The translations under genes and the position numbers were made by a program. From the NCBI GenBank assembly GCA_043228905.1, contig JBHGNT010000022.1, positions 11,718,001 to 11,782,000 on the forward strand: a stretch of DNA of 64,000 nt, read 5' to 3'. Each line of letters opens with the position of its first letter. Within the stretch, counting starts at the first letter, position 1. Below are positions 52,001 through 64,000 of this stretch, in pieces. Source of the DNA: Azolla caroliniana. Its lineage: Eukaryota; Plantae; Polypodiophyta. The notes beneath the pieces were generated by a model that searched no databases, had not been told where the DNA came from, and saw only the letters and a list, made by a program, of their open reading frames with translations.

Positions 52001-55000
52001 TACCCCTTTCGGTATTTCCGACCTGTCAATCGGTTCGTACAGGTCCCGAACAATCAGAAGATCCTCCATCTTGATCTTCCAGTCGGCGTAATTCTGTGCA
52101 TTCAGCACCATCATCATCGGCTGCCCGCTGCCGCCGCCTTCCATTTTCTGTGTTACCGTCGCTCTGATACCAGTTTGTTGAAATTCCGTGCTCGGCCACA
52201 ACCGAGGAACAGGATCGATTCGCAGAAAACGGGAAATACAAGAATGCACGAAGAACAACAGAGAGAAGAGCACACAGGATGTTTACGTGGAAAACCCTAA
52301 ATGGGAAAAAACCACGGGAGTCCTCTAACTCCAACTATCACTATACACAGAGATGTACAATGGTGAGGCTACAAGGCAACAACCTTGAGCTCGCTGTCCT
52401 CGCCACAGGCGGCGGTATTACACAGAGGCGTCGACCTCTTCCTTCCTCTTTCTCTCTCTCACTCTCGCTCGGCTGCTCTCACTTCGCTCCCTCTTCTTGG
52501 AAAACAGAAAATGAGCAACAACAACAAACTGTTTGCCCTAAGTCATATTTATACACATATGACTTTTGGGCTATTTACAAATATAGCCTCAAGGGCTCTT
52601 GGCAAACATATTCACAAATATGTCCCCGCATCCGGATCTCTCTCCGGGTACATTCGTCATCCGGCTCCGTAACCGGGGTCTTCAGCATCCGGCTCCGTAA
52701 CCGGGGTCTTCATCATCCGGCTCCGTAACCGGGGTCTTCATCATCCGGCTCCGTATCCGGGTACTCTTTATCCTGCTTCATGCCGGGTACTCTTCATCAT
52801 CCGGTTCCGTAACCGCAACCGGGCTTGCCGTCATTCATCTCCGGACATCCCATCCGGAGGGACCGAAATCCCAACAGATATGACTAGGGACTTTGACTCT
52901 AAATCCCATAACCTATATGCTTTAGATTGTGTGCTGTAACCAAGAAATTTTGATTTCTTGGTTTTGGACTCAAATTTCGTCCTTTTATGATCTGAAATGT
53001 GAACATAAGCATCACAACCAAACACTTTAAAATGAGATACTGAGGGCTTTACACCTGTAAATGCTTCTTCAGGCGTCATTCTAGCAACTGCTTTTGTTGG
53101 GCAGCAGTTGATGATGTAGACTGCTGTGTTGACAGCTTCACCCCAAAACGAGAGAGGAAGATCAGATTGAGATAGCATCGTACGAGCCATCTCTTGGACT
53201 GTCTGGTTCTTCCTTTCCACGACTCCATTTTGTTGAGGAGTATTGGGTGTACAAAATTGGCGAGCAATGCCTCGTTGAGAGCAGAAATGGTGGAAAGCTT
53301 TGGAGATAAACTCTCCACCATTGTCCGACCTGATCTTTCGAACTTTCTTCGATGTCTCGTTCTCCACGAGAGCTACCCATTCTTGAAATTTTGCGAAGGC
53401 TTGGGATTTTTCTACAAGAAAATAAACCCAAACCTTGCGGGAGAAGTCATCAATTATAAGCATGAAGTAGCGTGCACCACCAAGAGTAGTGGTTTTCATG
53501 GGACCACAAAGATCCATGTGCACTAACTCCAAGATAGATGTTGCTTGGTGAGTGGCTTCATGAGGGAAAGGCTCTCGATGTTGCTTGCCATGAAGACAAG
53601 CAACACATGGGGTATTGGGAGATTTGAAAATAGGAAGACCCTCAACTAGTTGGGAGGAGGAGAGCTTTTGAAGAGAATCATAGTTGAGATGACCAAACCT
53701 AGCATGCCACAACGTGGGATCTTCTTGTGCCACCAAGGCATGAGAGCCTTGAAGAAGATGAAGAAGATGAGATTTGGAGTTTTCCAAGGGGCTATGGGAG
53801 CTTTTTAGGTGATATAAACCCCCTTCTTGTGTGCCACTAGCTACAATTTGTAGGCTGTTGGTGTCAATCACTTCCAAAACTGAGCTATCAAAGTAGACTC
53901 CATAACCTTGCTTGGTGATTTTGTAAACCGAAAGTAGGTTGGTAGAGATGCGAGGCACATGTAGCACATCTTGAAGAACGACAGGTTCTTCACTTGAAGA
54001 ATTGTCAAGAACCACATTACCCACACATGAAGCCTCAATGCTTGAGGCATCTCCTATAGAGATTTGGGAAGAGCTAGGCTTCACATCATGCAAAATGGAT
54101 TTGTCATAGGTCATGTGTGAAGTGGCACCACTATCTACTAACCACTCATCGATGGTTGAAGTAGTTGGTCCAGCCAAATGTGAAGTATGTTCCTCAATGC
54201 CAAGGAAAACTGTTTCTTTGGCTGAGTGGGCCGAGTTGGATTTCGATGTAGGTTGATTTCTGGTAGAAGAAGAGTTCTTAGCATTGTCCCTTTTCTTTTT
54301 CCGACAATCTGGCTGAATGTGACCTTTGTAGCCACAATAATGACAAGTGAGCTCCTTGTAAGCTGGGTTGTTTGGCGGTCTTGGATTGGGTTTGTTGTAG
54401 GAGTTACCATTTTGCTTCCACTTGCCTTTACTTGTCGCATGTAGAAGCGTCTCATTGGAAGTTTGAGCACTTTTCTTCCTTGTTGCCCTATCTTGTAGCA
54501 TACCAAGAAATGTATTCATGTCAGGTGTGTTGGGAAGAAGAGAAATGGTGTCACAAAAGGCTGAGAATGACTCAGGCAACTTTATCATTAGACGATGCAC
54601 AAACTCAACTTCAGTGGACTTGCTTCCCAAAGAAACTAGTTCCTTTTGGAGAGTGACACATTCCGTTATTTGATCCATGATGTTGGGAGTGTCATGAATC
54701 TTGAGATTTGCTAGTTGGCTTTCAATAGCTATCATTTGAGCATGATTAGCTCGATGATACCTCCTTTTGATGGCTGTCCATAGTTCATTGGCTGTCTCGT
54801 CATCTTTATCTTGAAATTGACGAGCGATGCTCGGTTTAATATTAAACATGAGGAAAGCATGAGCACGAGAATCCTTATCTAGCCAAGCTTCAATCTCAGC
54901 GTTAGATGAGCCAGCAACTGATTTGGTTGAAGAGGATGAAGTTACTGGTGGTTTCTTGTCACTACCATTGACTACATTCCATAAACGATGGTATTGTAGC

Positions 55001-58000
55001 AAGGTCTTTATTTGTAGCTCCCAATCCAAGTAATTGTTCCCATCTAAGATGGATTCTTTGGGAAGTTGGGGAATGGTTGATGAAACAATGGTGGCATGTG
55101 AGGCCATGGATATCCTCCTCTTGAGCTACAGCTGGACAATTTACAGCAGTTGTAAGTAGATACTCAGGGTCTTTCTACTTCTCCCTAGATGCTAGGTGAG
55201 GCTCAGATAAGGGGAAAAGAAAACAGAAGAGCCTCCTCTGTAGGGTTGGGAGGGAGGGATAAAAGAAGATAGGTCTGTGTGCTCTTTGGCAAAAATAAAA
55301 ATCAGGCCGAGGATATGGAGACCTCACTGCTCTGATACCATGTGAGAAAAGCTGTTAATAGCAGCAGCGGAAGACTTAAAACAAAATAGGCACAGCCAAG
55401 CTGTGAGAAGGCTGTTAGACAGCAGTAGAAAAAATGGTTGCAAAGAGTAGAGACACAGCCAAGGAATAGAGCTTGTTTTAAGTAGCAAAAAAGAAAATGA
55501 AAACTTATACAAAAGAGGCTGGTATAGCCTATTTATACAAAATTGGGGAATGTGGGTGAAATGGCTGTTTGGTAGTTAAGTGACTCTTGTACTACCAAAC
55601 AGGTACAAAAAACTAGGAATATCTTGGAAAAGGTAGAAGAGAGAAAAGGCATTTAAAGAGTTGCAGATTCTAGAGAGAGAAGAATCTGAGAAAAGAGAGA
55701 ATGTAGTACAGAGATAATAAATATAAAAGAGAGTGCAGGTCTGGAGCTGCCACCCTCCAACATGCTCATCCTTCATATAATACCAGTCTAAGCAAGTTGG
55801 TATGTGGCACATATATGATGTTAAAGAAATGCATTGCTCTAATCATTGAGTCTTTGCAATTCACCAGGTGGTTATAAGAAATCAGGACATTGGTGATTTC
55901 CTCATTGTCTCATTGTATTCCCTGTCTCTTCTCTCATCATAAATCTTTCCTCATTGTCCATGTGATCACAATGACATAAAAGTCAAGGATGTAGATGCAA
56001 GTTATATGGAGCAGATCTCAGAGAGCTAATATCACACCATTTGCTATTTTCCACCTGCTTGCGTGAGGTTTGCACTCCGACTTCAATGCACATATGAAGG
56101 ATGAGTCAACAACAAAGTTTGGCACAATCGAGGCCATGCATGGAGAAGTTATGGCAGAAGAATTTGACCTAAAGCAACAAGCCCAAGATACAAGTTACAC
56201 ACAATCTGTTTGATTGCTTATGCCATGCACTCAGTTTAGTATATTGTTCACATCATATATTCCTTATGCCCTTACGCTCAGTTAAACCAAGGCATAGAAA
56301 GGAAATAATATACAATGAAATACACACAGCAGATAGAATAGATTTGTATATAATAGTTTATGCTTGATTGCACATTTACAACTCAAAGAGAAGCTCAAAG
56401 TCTAAGTACTCTCCCTGTTACATTGGCTGAAATATGTAGTGGTTTGGTGGGTTGCCAGCAGATGAAATAGATTTGGCACAAATAGTTTATGCTTAATTGC
56501 ACATATACAACTTGAAGAGAAGCTCAACAATGAACTACTTTGTGTTATATTGGCAGATACTTATAGTAGTTTGGTGGGTTGCCTTCCCACCATTTGCTTC
56601 AGAGTCAGAAGTGTTGGTACAACGTACAATGATCACCTTCAGCATTAAAACAACATCCTTCCATTATTAAGGGTCCTTTATTTCCTATTTTGTAAAGAAA
56701 ACGACAATATCCGCCTCAATGCTATGTCCATGTCCTGCACTAACATGCTAGATGTATAGTAGCATGTTTAGAAGGCCAAATTTAGCATGACGACATCATG
56801 GCATATGAAACAATCTAGAGTCTTATGTTTACTGTAATTGTTATCATGAAAAACACTTTTATATATGAGAAATGACATGCTCATCATTGATGGATTACGA
56901 TAATGATTTATTGTATTTTATATAAGATCTCAAAGTAGAATAATTACCTCTCGATATTCAGTCCATGCCCTTTAAAGCATTATCAATGTACTGTACCCTG
57001 ATATCCTATGTACTGTGTCCATATGATGTGTTATCTCTTCATATTTGCTCTACTTAGTAAAGATATGGCTGGAAAGATGACATTCTAGAGACTATGTTAT
57101 TATAAGTTTTAATTGTATGAGGATGTTGAAGTCTATTGGAGTCACCGAGTCTCACATTCAGCATTGTTCCTCTTTTCAACCGAGTTAATATAATTTTTGA
57201 TTGTGTGAGGATGTTCAAAGCTATTAGAATCACTCTATCTCACATGGGCCTTGTTCCTCTTTTCAACTTGTCATTTATACTTTCAGAAACCAGATACAAC
57301 TCGTTTTTCAGATATACTTATGAAATAACTAAATGTGGTTCCTTTACAGAAAGTGATCGTTCTGAAGGATGTGACAAGTGTCCATAAAGCTAAGACTGCA
57401 GGACTTTTCCCAAATGCTATTGAAATTGTGGCATGGGGTAAAAAGGTACAGTATAACATGCATTAAATCTTGAAATTATGACAGTTTATCTAAGATTTTG
57501 GTATATTTATGCTACATAATGGGTAAGTTTCTAGTTCAAATCCACCTTGTGGTGCATGTATAAGGTCAAATAGTCTGATATCCACCTGATGAGGTGAAAA
57601 AAGTTAGCGAATCCATACTGCTGTAGCTACTGAGTGACATGCACCTTCAATAGTACCTTTCCTCGAAAAGCATTCCTTTGATTAGTGAGCATAAACTGGT
57701 TTTAAATTGCAGCCTGTAGCATAATATACTGTATATCACTTTGATGAATCAAGGATTTAAGAGATCATCACTTTTAAAAATGCTTTTGATATATATTATC
57801 CACTTGACTGAGTTGGGGCCTCCATACTAGAATACAAATGTTTCCTTACTCTTGACTGTTAATTCTGCATATGGGCTCAAGATGGCAAAGATATTTTCAT
57901 GATGAATGTATTTTTGAGCAAGAGGGCTCTAGATCTCATAATTGGATTCATCACTTTACCAAACCTTACTGAATGACCTGCTAACAAATTTTGTTTTGAG

Positions 58001-61000
58001 GGGAAGGCATATGAACTCCATACGATACATGTATTGCTCTGTCGACTTCAGCAATGACTATATCTTCTTGGTTCATGACCTATGTTATGCATGGGGCATA
58101 AGTGTTCTTTATGCATAAACCATTGAGTCAAGGTACTCTTGGTGCACACGTGGGAGTCTAGTGTATGAAATGCACAAGACTCAAACCCTAATCGTGGTGA
58201 AATATATATTTACATCTTAAAGAGACTATGATCTCTTATGAGAAGGAAATCCTTAGTTATGTCTTTTGGCATTTATTAAAACAGAACTCACATGAACACT
58301 TCTGCTCATAAATCAGTATTTCTTAACTAGAAGGTTGATATGGTTGCAGAGTTTTTTTGCCTCTTTTCTATCTAGAGATGAAGCTTATCGATTAATACAA
58401 GAAAGATGGGCTCGCCACAGCAAGAACGCAATATTGGATTCTGATTCACAGGTACTATCAGGTTCTCATACCTGCCCACATAGCCATTTATCTTTTTGGA
58501 AGTGCACATTTGGAGTCAGATAGTCACTTCCATATGCAGAATAATATACCTGTACTTATGTACTTATAAGTCATCCTGTGCAGACAAGTTCAGAGCAGCA
58601 TGATATATCTGTTTCGGAATCGAGCTCAGGAAGCAGGTATTCTCAATTGCACAGTCAGGGTTCTGATCACACATGAACTGGTCATGCTGACAGATTAGGG
58701 GATGCACTTTTGTTGAATCAGTGGAATGGTAGAAGCCTCTACTAGATGCAATGCTGAAACTGAACATGCAATTGAGGATGCAGCAGAAGGGATAAATGAG
58801 GAAGTTGTGATTATGGAAGAGTTGCCATCAATAGAGGATTCAAGCAGCAGTGAGGAAATTAAAGATGCGCAAATTACTGATGATGATGTTTCTAAGCATA
58901 GCAGTGTTTGGGAAATTGAAGACGAGGATGCCCCAACAGGTATAACATTTATTACTCGAAGTCATAGCTACTGGATAAAAGAAAGGAGAAACCTATTCAT
59001 GCTGACCATAGTGGTCTTTTATACTAGTGAAAAAATAAACTTGAAAACATTAAAGATATTACAATATTTGGACAGGAAAGACAGCCAGTCATGAAATGTA
59101 CAGTTATTCTAGATAACATGTTTCCTATAAATGGATGACTAATTATGAATAATCAACCATTAAGGCAGAAGCTAAGCAACTGAGGATAAACATAGAATAG
59201 CTGATGAGATTAATGCAGAGTCATTTATGTAGAAGCTAAGCAAACTTTAACCCAGATATTAAGGAGACATTAACATAGAGAATAAGTTGACAGAAAAGTA
59301 GGGATTAAGTAGACATTAATGTAGAGATTTAGGAAAGAGAGAGAAATATAAAGAACATGATACACAAACATGACGAGATTAGCTCTTGTAATGTCCTGAT
59401 TTTATTTATTAACAGTCTATAAAATTTCTATCATCATTGTTGTTTACACAACACTTGTGCTATATCAAAACTTCTTATTAAAGTTTCTTTACATATTATT
59501 GTCCCGCTAACATGACAATAACATTTCCTGGTTGCAGTGACGGATTCATATAAAACGGTTTTGGAATGTGAGCTGCCTGTGAGTGATAATATGGCTGGAT
59601 TCTTATTTTCTAGAGTTTGTATATGGTATTTCTTGTTCTTTACCATGGTAAATGTTGATGCAGATCAACGTGAAAGATTTCTTTATGATGTTCTTCTCGA
59701 ATGATTCACTGAAGTTCTTTGAATCATTTCACAAAAAATGTGGAGATCAAGGCAAGAAGACTGTAAATTCTACATCTTTAATATGAATATAATTCATTTG
59801 CTGTATTCGTATTGAATTATGCGGATATACCCATTAATTTTATAGGTTGATAATGCAACTTTTGAAACATGAATCTGATATGCTCAAATCAAAACTAATC
59901 CCTATGAACTTTAAATTTGTTGAAAGGTTTTGGAAAGCTCATTCTATCCCTTGCCTTTTGGCTCTTTTCCACCCATTACATGCAACTGGCTAACATTTTG
60001 GGCAGGGCTAGGAATCTCTAATGTGTTAAGCCTACATTTGTGTCTGCTAGATCCATCAAATGCATGGTTTCTCAATTGGTGCCAATCCTACGTTTGGCTC
60101 TCCTAGATCCATCAAATGCACCTTAATTATTTTATCATGCGGATAGTACATTTATCACCTACAGTTAACATATCAATTGAGGTGCAGTTTTCATCTACTA
60201 CAATTAAAAGAGTTAAGTTTCAATGAAAACATGATGATGGCCAAATGCAGCACTGTACCTGCTGAAGAAGGCAAGCTTCACTATCCACTAATATTTTTCA
60301 GTGTGGAAATTCTTTTTGAAGAGGCAAAATTTGGCCGCTTGGGCTTCATTCATTCATCAATTTGTTTACTACCTTATTCTAGCCAGGCCAAAGAAGTATG
60401 TCTTACATTAGTTTCAAGCTTAAAGTGACCTGAGCTCTTATAATTGTTATTCTTTTATCCTCTTATATTTTACTTAAATTCTAAGTGTGTGGTCTATTAA
60501 GCTCATTTGATCTCCTCTAGCAGTACTATATGTTTTGAAAGTCAGTAAGCACATTCTGTTTCAGCATTCCCTCTCTTGTCATTTGCCTGATTTAAAAGAT
60601 ATTGAAAAAAAGAAACTTCTGTTTATAACTGCTTCCATGGAATGGAGGGTTCTGTATTGAAATAATGGTTGAAACATATTTCATTGATTTATGTGTGCAA
60701 GAGAAAAAATTAGATGCACAAAAATTGGATTCTGGACATATTGATTACACAGTATTTTATTGTGGCACGATGATTTTATTGGTGTTTTTCTTGATTTTGA
60801 AGATTTTCGGTGCACAAATTGGGCAAAAGGTCAACATTTTGGTGGTCATGTGCGAGACGTTTCTTTTCGGCATCCTGTCAAGGTCTATTTTGGTAAGGTA
60901 CCCCTACAAAATTCTATTTTGTACAATTTCGTGATTTCAAACTCATATGCTTCTGTCAGGCCCCAAAGCTAGTAACTGTCAAGAGGTTCAAAGATATCGT

Positions 61001-62598
61001 GTATACCGGGATAGGTATATACTATCCTTCCCATGTGTCACCCAAGTAGGTTTCATGTTTTTTAGATAGAAGGTAACATTGTCACAAAATTTAATTTTCA
61101 TGCAGTCACCTAGTTGTAGAGACTTCACAACAAATGAATGACATACCTTACGGTGATTATTTTCATGTGGAGGCAAGGGTTCTTGCTGAATTTCTTGTTT
61201 TATATTTAACTGGCGCAGCAACCTGGTTAATTGAAATTTATCATTCTACAGGGGCATTGGGATGTTTATCCATTGGTTGGCAAAGAAACACCCAGTTGTG
61301 TGGTTCGGGTTTTTGTTAATGTTTCCTTCTCCAAGAAAACAGTCTGGAAAGGTAAAATATTGACGATTTTGTCAATACACAGTGGTAAAGCATTGACTTT
61401 TTTGTTATGAAAAGAATCTGTATTTACCTCTGTAGTTTGAGTGGCATATGTTTCTTGTATAAGTCATCTTGCGTGTAAAGCTACATGACACTATCCATTA
61501 TTATGGACGAAGTGATGAAATTTCGATGATTGTAGTGCATTGACTTCAATTATTTAACAGGTAAGATCGAGCAGGGCACTTTTGAAGAATGTAAGGAGGT
61601 TTATGGCACTTGGTTGGGTGAGGTAATGATCTTATATAAGGGCAGGAACCACTTGTCTGCATGTCTTGGAGCTAGTTATTTGATGCAGAACCTATATTGC
61701 TACATATGTTTTTGCTCTTTTTTTTACCTGGCACATGTTTTTTTCCTTTTTTTACCTGGCCTTGGCTCCTGCATATCATGCACCATTTACTCACCATGTT
61801 CATTGTGTTCTAATTGAAAGTTGATGAACAATAAACTGATGGATCCCATGGTTCAGGCATTTAAATGTTTGCAGGAGAAAGGTTTGATTGATAGTAAACC
61901 AATAAAAGTTGACAATGTCAGCCAGACTAATGCGATAGGTAATTGCTCTTTATGTTCGTTCTCTTGTAAATCTTATGGTAATTACATTTTTTCTTGTCCA
62001 AACTCCCAACTGGAATGCCAAACAGATGCCATTTTCTGATGCATATCATGCATGTTATATTGTTTTAGGATCTCCAAGAACAAAATCAAAAGTGAAACGG
62101 AAGTCTGAACTTGGAAATGGGCAAATTCAAGGCCAAGAGAAAGTTTCAACACCAGCATCCCAGGAAACTAAACAAATGCTCATAACTTTGGCTTCACAGC
62201 CAAGTAAAGAATCAGACGTTCTGCAGCAGCATGATGATTTTGTAACTCGTCTTGGCTTTACCGACTCAAAAAAGCTTATTGTTGTTATCTGCATATTGGC
62301 AGTATTGGTACTCATACAGACAGGGATTATTATAACTCTATCAAGTTCATCAAAGGTGCAATATGTACCCATTAGCCTACAAAAGCGTGCCACAGTTTAC
62401 TATGAGTCATTTGCTGGGAATTCTCAACGACGTGATTTAACATGGCTGGAAGATTCTGCAAGGCTATTGGAAGAAGAAATAAACATAGCAGAGGCACGAA
62501 TAGAGAGTTTGCAGAATTCCTTGGGTATCTTGAAAAGCAATTTCAAGTTGGTTGAGAAGTCGGTTTATAATTCAGGATTAGCTCCTGAGATCACTTGA
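43052..62598 (+). CDS. VAD1: VAD1-like GRAM and VASt domain membrane protein, 17 exons, ~658 aa
   Basis: Exons 43052-43261, 43827-43892, 45104-45154, 45231-45296, 57350-57445, 58350-58451, 58584-58636, 58722-58939, 59538-59578, 59664-59751, 60803-60892, 60960-61014, 61106-61172, 61252-61351, 61561-61622, 61857-61938, 62069-62598 join in phase with no stop. GRAM: [65 protein letters not shown]. VASt: [69 protein letters not shown], then a coiled-coil. Matches my recall of Arabidopsis VAD1. Confidence 0.92.
46457..47351 (-). pseudogene. Linker and N-terminal RT of copia B
   Basis: [46 protein letters not shown], ending in a stop before the YVDD motif. Confidence 0.9.
47839..47992. repeat. 28-bp tandem repeat in U3 of element I (mirrored at 52658-52811)
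   Basis: CATCCGGCTCCGTAACCGGGGTCTTCA(G/T) at 47839, 47867 and 47895, then degenerate copies. Confidence 0.92.
48068..52144 (-). CDS. Uninterrupted copia gag-pol polyprotein, 1358 aa
   Basis: First ATG after the PBS (MEGGGSGQP..). [31 protein letters not shown] integrase, [10 protein letters not shown], RNase H (GFTDSD, TEAEY, YCDSQSA, SDMLTK). Confidence 0.96.
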   Translation of the reverse strand: MEGGGSGQPMMMVLNAQNYADWKIKMEDLLIVRDLYEPIDRSEIPKGVLESEWKLLNRKAVATIRQYVDVSVLQHVANDTNAYEMWKKLSGLYERKNALNRTSLMRKIVNLKYRDGESMVEHVSTFMGFVNQLAAIKFPLEDAMQAIILMCTLPDSWENLVVTLITSCTEDNLSLQTVKTSILNEEARRRDKEPVSDSKALLTESDRGRQWNRSPQRREKSGTRSQSRGRPTCFHCGKPGHFRKNCRHYRKDNGADDTDSKKSPERNGAYRGATDRRGPDRRGQDRKGTTALAASEEEIMLITEERELNLAGVEMTWVVDSGASFHLTPEKKYFSSYTAGEHGCVRMGNEGTCRIAGIGDVWLMTSTGCKMLLKDVRHVPEVRLNLISAGRLDDEGYTGSIRNGVMKFSKGSLIVARARKVNTLYLMNSRLCLEELNVAADTAGELWHKRLCHMSEKGMKRLAEDNLIPVKHVHLEKCTDCLAGKQNRTSFHSRPPTRRSAPLELVHTDVCQVETKSHGGAQYFVTFIDDHSRKLWTAPLKTKDQVLSVFKELHARVERESGKKLKAIRADNGGEYRGQFQEYCRSKGIRLEFTVPKTPELNGLAERMNRTIMERVRSMLAHAKLPKGFWAEAMSTATYVINRSPSVPLDGDTPQRVWTGKEVSYRHLKVFGCLAYVHVAKDRRGKLDPKTRPCIFLGYGDNEFGYRVWDPVDKKIFRSRDIIFMEDKTLADWESEKKMKSSKSIGEDQLYEEQSRPARDRLTLEDPAEDGEEIEPAEEDENDTGTGPDPEMDSDEEEESEEPVTEAPERRYPLRERRAPRRFPEPEHVLLTDEGEPESFEEAKHDTQSRRWLSAMQDEMDSLHENHTYELVELPKGKRALRNKWVFKLKPGDAGNPTRYKARIVVKGFQQKKGVDFDEIFAPVVKMTSIRTVLSIAASMDLEVEQMDVKTAFLHGDLEEEIYMQQPEGFEKKGKEHLVCRLKKSLYGLKQAPRQWYRKFDSFMTDEGYLKTQSDHCVFVKKFEGGDFLILLLYVDDMLIVGRDQVKIRMLKKALHRTFSMKDLGPARQILGMHIIRDRKKKQLWLSQEKYVTKVLHRFNMSEARPVGSTLPANCKLSSKQSPKTKAEKEDMMKVPYASAVGSLMYAMVCTRPDIGYAVGVVSRYMSNPGKEHWNAVKWILRYLKGTANVCLRFGSGKPELDGFTDSDMSADADTSRSTSGYVMTYAGGAVSWQSRLQKTVALSTTEAEYMAAVEAGKEIIWMKDFIRELGIQQEEYRLYCDSQSAIHLAKNAAYHSRTKHIQRRYHWIRERIEDKEFVLTKVHTDENGSDMLTKVLTPDKLGACRKRVGLERHPMPK
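52877..55107 (-). CDS. gag-protease-integrase part of copia B polyprotein (continues at 47351-46457)
   Basis: [36 protein letters not shown]. Reads ..KSLVIS | RDVHFVES.. in frame once element I and one TSD copy are removed. Confidence 0.9.
56325..56583. repeat. Diverged intronic tandem duplication, ~2 x 130 bp
   Basis: AATAGTTTATGCTT..GAGAAGCTCAA..GTTTGGTGGGTTGCC occurs twice. Confidence 0.75.
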
Positions 62599-63533
62599 AA
62601 TCCTAGCTAAAAATGCAGAAGCATTTATACAAAATCCACTAATCACTGTCCATGGCACATATCTTCCCTCTGTTGATCGAAGCATTTATACAAAATCTCT
62701 GAATCAGTATCCACATCAATCTGTCTCTTTGCTGAGAAAATATTCGAGATTGACGGAAGGGGTTTTCAAGGATTGCTATCCAAATGATGATGTTTTTTCT
62801 TCTGATAGTCTTAATACAACCATCACTGTACAAAGTCAATAAGCATGACTCAAATATCATTGTGCATTGTATCCATGACATCTCTAAATACCTTGTTCAT
62901 TGTTTTTCAAATGCTTCTCCTTTGAACATCAGAAGACATTCGATGCAACAGCTTTCTTGACAAAGAGATAAAGGGGAAACTTCATGCATCTGTTTTTATA
63001 GAGTAAATGTTTTGCATTTTGGGCACTGCGAGCAATCACCACAATTGTACCAAGAGCTTTTTAATTCAACAAAAGCTTAAAACCTCATCATCAATTTTTT
63101 TGTGGTGACATTCTCATCATGGTCTATGTAGTATAATAATAATAATAATATTTGTACGTAACCACCCGATTCTCATTTTCGAAAAACTAAGCCTCGACTT
63201 CTGTCATGGCACTGAAGCTTCACTACCTGGACGTTTTGTTTGATTATATTCTTGGTCTTTTATACCTGATTGTGTGATTGAACGTTCCGGAAATTTTCAA
63301 ACTTCTCATGTTTGTGAAGATGCACGATGAGCTGATTCATGCTTTGTGGTGTTTAGGTTCAAGTGATTTCCTAACTATCGCAAATGCATGGGCATGGTTT
63401 ACTTGATAAAAGACTTTATTTATTTATTTGACATTTGTAACCTCTCCATTAATATCACAGAGCAACATGAGATATTGGTCTTTTCACATGGGATATCGAT
63501 GATGAGAAGGAGTTTCCATACCCACAATTATGG

Positions 63534-63661
63534 CATCATGTAATAATTTGCATCTTGTATATAATTCTTTGTTCATCATGTGATAATTTGCATCCTGTAT
63601 ATAATTCTTTGTTCATCATGTGATAATTTGCATCCTGTATATAATTCTTTGTTCATCATGT
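63534..63661. repeat. 40-bp minisatellite, ~3.2 copies, downstream of the gene
   Basis: CATCATGTGATAATTTGCATCCTGTATATAATTCTTTGTT repeated. Confidence 0.93.
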
Positions 63662-64000
63662 CATACATGCAAGTATTATATTGGAAATTACTCCTAAATT
63701 AAAGCATGATGTCTTGCTTTTCACAATGTAGGTGTATGAAGATGAGTTGACACAACATGCACACACTCTCACACGAAACTATGATTTCACAAATTATAAC
63801 TAGGTGTTCTAGGTTTTCCAAAATATTATAAAGAACAAGGGAAAATTATATAAGTAAGTGAACTTTTATAAAAGTGGGAACATTATATAATATATATGTG
63901 CATACATACATCTGTTTGTTTTGGGTTTTGTCTTTTTATTGTTCATGAATACTTTATAACATAGTTTCATGATGGTACAACACGATACTTTCTGATCGGG

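Larger units (their letters stand above)
47357..52876 (-). mobile_element. Intact Ty1/copia element I (Tnt1/Tork-like), 5520 bp, very recent
   Basis: 701-bp LTRs 52176-52876 and 47357-48057 with no difference seen. TSD GATAT at 47352-47356 and 52877-52881. PBS at 52161-52172; PPT at 48058-48068. Confidence 0.98.
45917..55762 (-). mobile_element. Ty1/copia element B in VAD1 intron 4, lacking RT C-terminus and RNase H, interrupted by element I
   Basis: 422-bp LTRs 55341-55762 and 45917-46338, with 2 differences seen. TSD TGCTC at 45912-45916 and 55763-55767. PBS TGGTATCAGAGC at 55329-55340; PPT next to 46339. Confidence 0.96.

Noticed and set aside
52145-52273. 43-aa N-terminal extension of the 1401-aa ORF, and LTR-derived ends of the 352-aa and 758-aa ORFs
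   Set aside because: These run through LTR/PBS or across insertion junctions from non-ATG starts; they are ORF-caller artefacts.
48083-52300. Many antisense ORFs over the copia polyprotein (also over A, E and the Ty3 fragment)
   Set aside because: Shadow ORFs of GC-rich coding sequence with no recognisable domains.
57110-57270. Short intronic and 3' direct repeats (also ~60047/60103 and ~62619/62680)
   Set aside because: Ordinary local duplications with no sign of function.

Overview
Repeat-rich land-plant nuclear DNA; a fern or lycophyte is likely, inferred from the retroelement types only. Positions 1-40 kb are a deep nest of transposons that can be resolved by their target-site duplications (TSDs). 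They include decayed Ty1/copia copies, a solo LTR, a decayed Ty3 fragment, a Tcn1-like chromovirus (19267-31833) carrying a near-intact tRNA-Met-primed chromovirus (23659-30602), and a full-length L1-type LINE (32120-39849) carrying a deleted chromovirus. Two small DNA-transposon-like inserts are also present. Positions 43-62.6 kb hold one host gene, a 17-exon VAD1-like GRAM+VASt+TM gene (~658 aa) with two probable GC-AG introns. Its 12-kb fourth intron contains a copia (45917-55762) interrupted by an intact copia whose LTRs look identical (47357-52876). Three observations stand out. (1) All four LTR copies of two related chromovirus families carry a tRNA-like Pol III A-box/B-box module at exactly tRNA spacing, antisense at the outer U3 edge. 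(2) One of these elements has a Tf1-like self-priming PBS. (3) A 668-bp TGT...ACA insert with a 4-bp CCGG TSD looks like a non-autonomous Ginger-type DNA transposon. All alignments and counts were done by eye.
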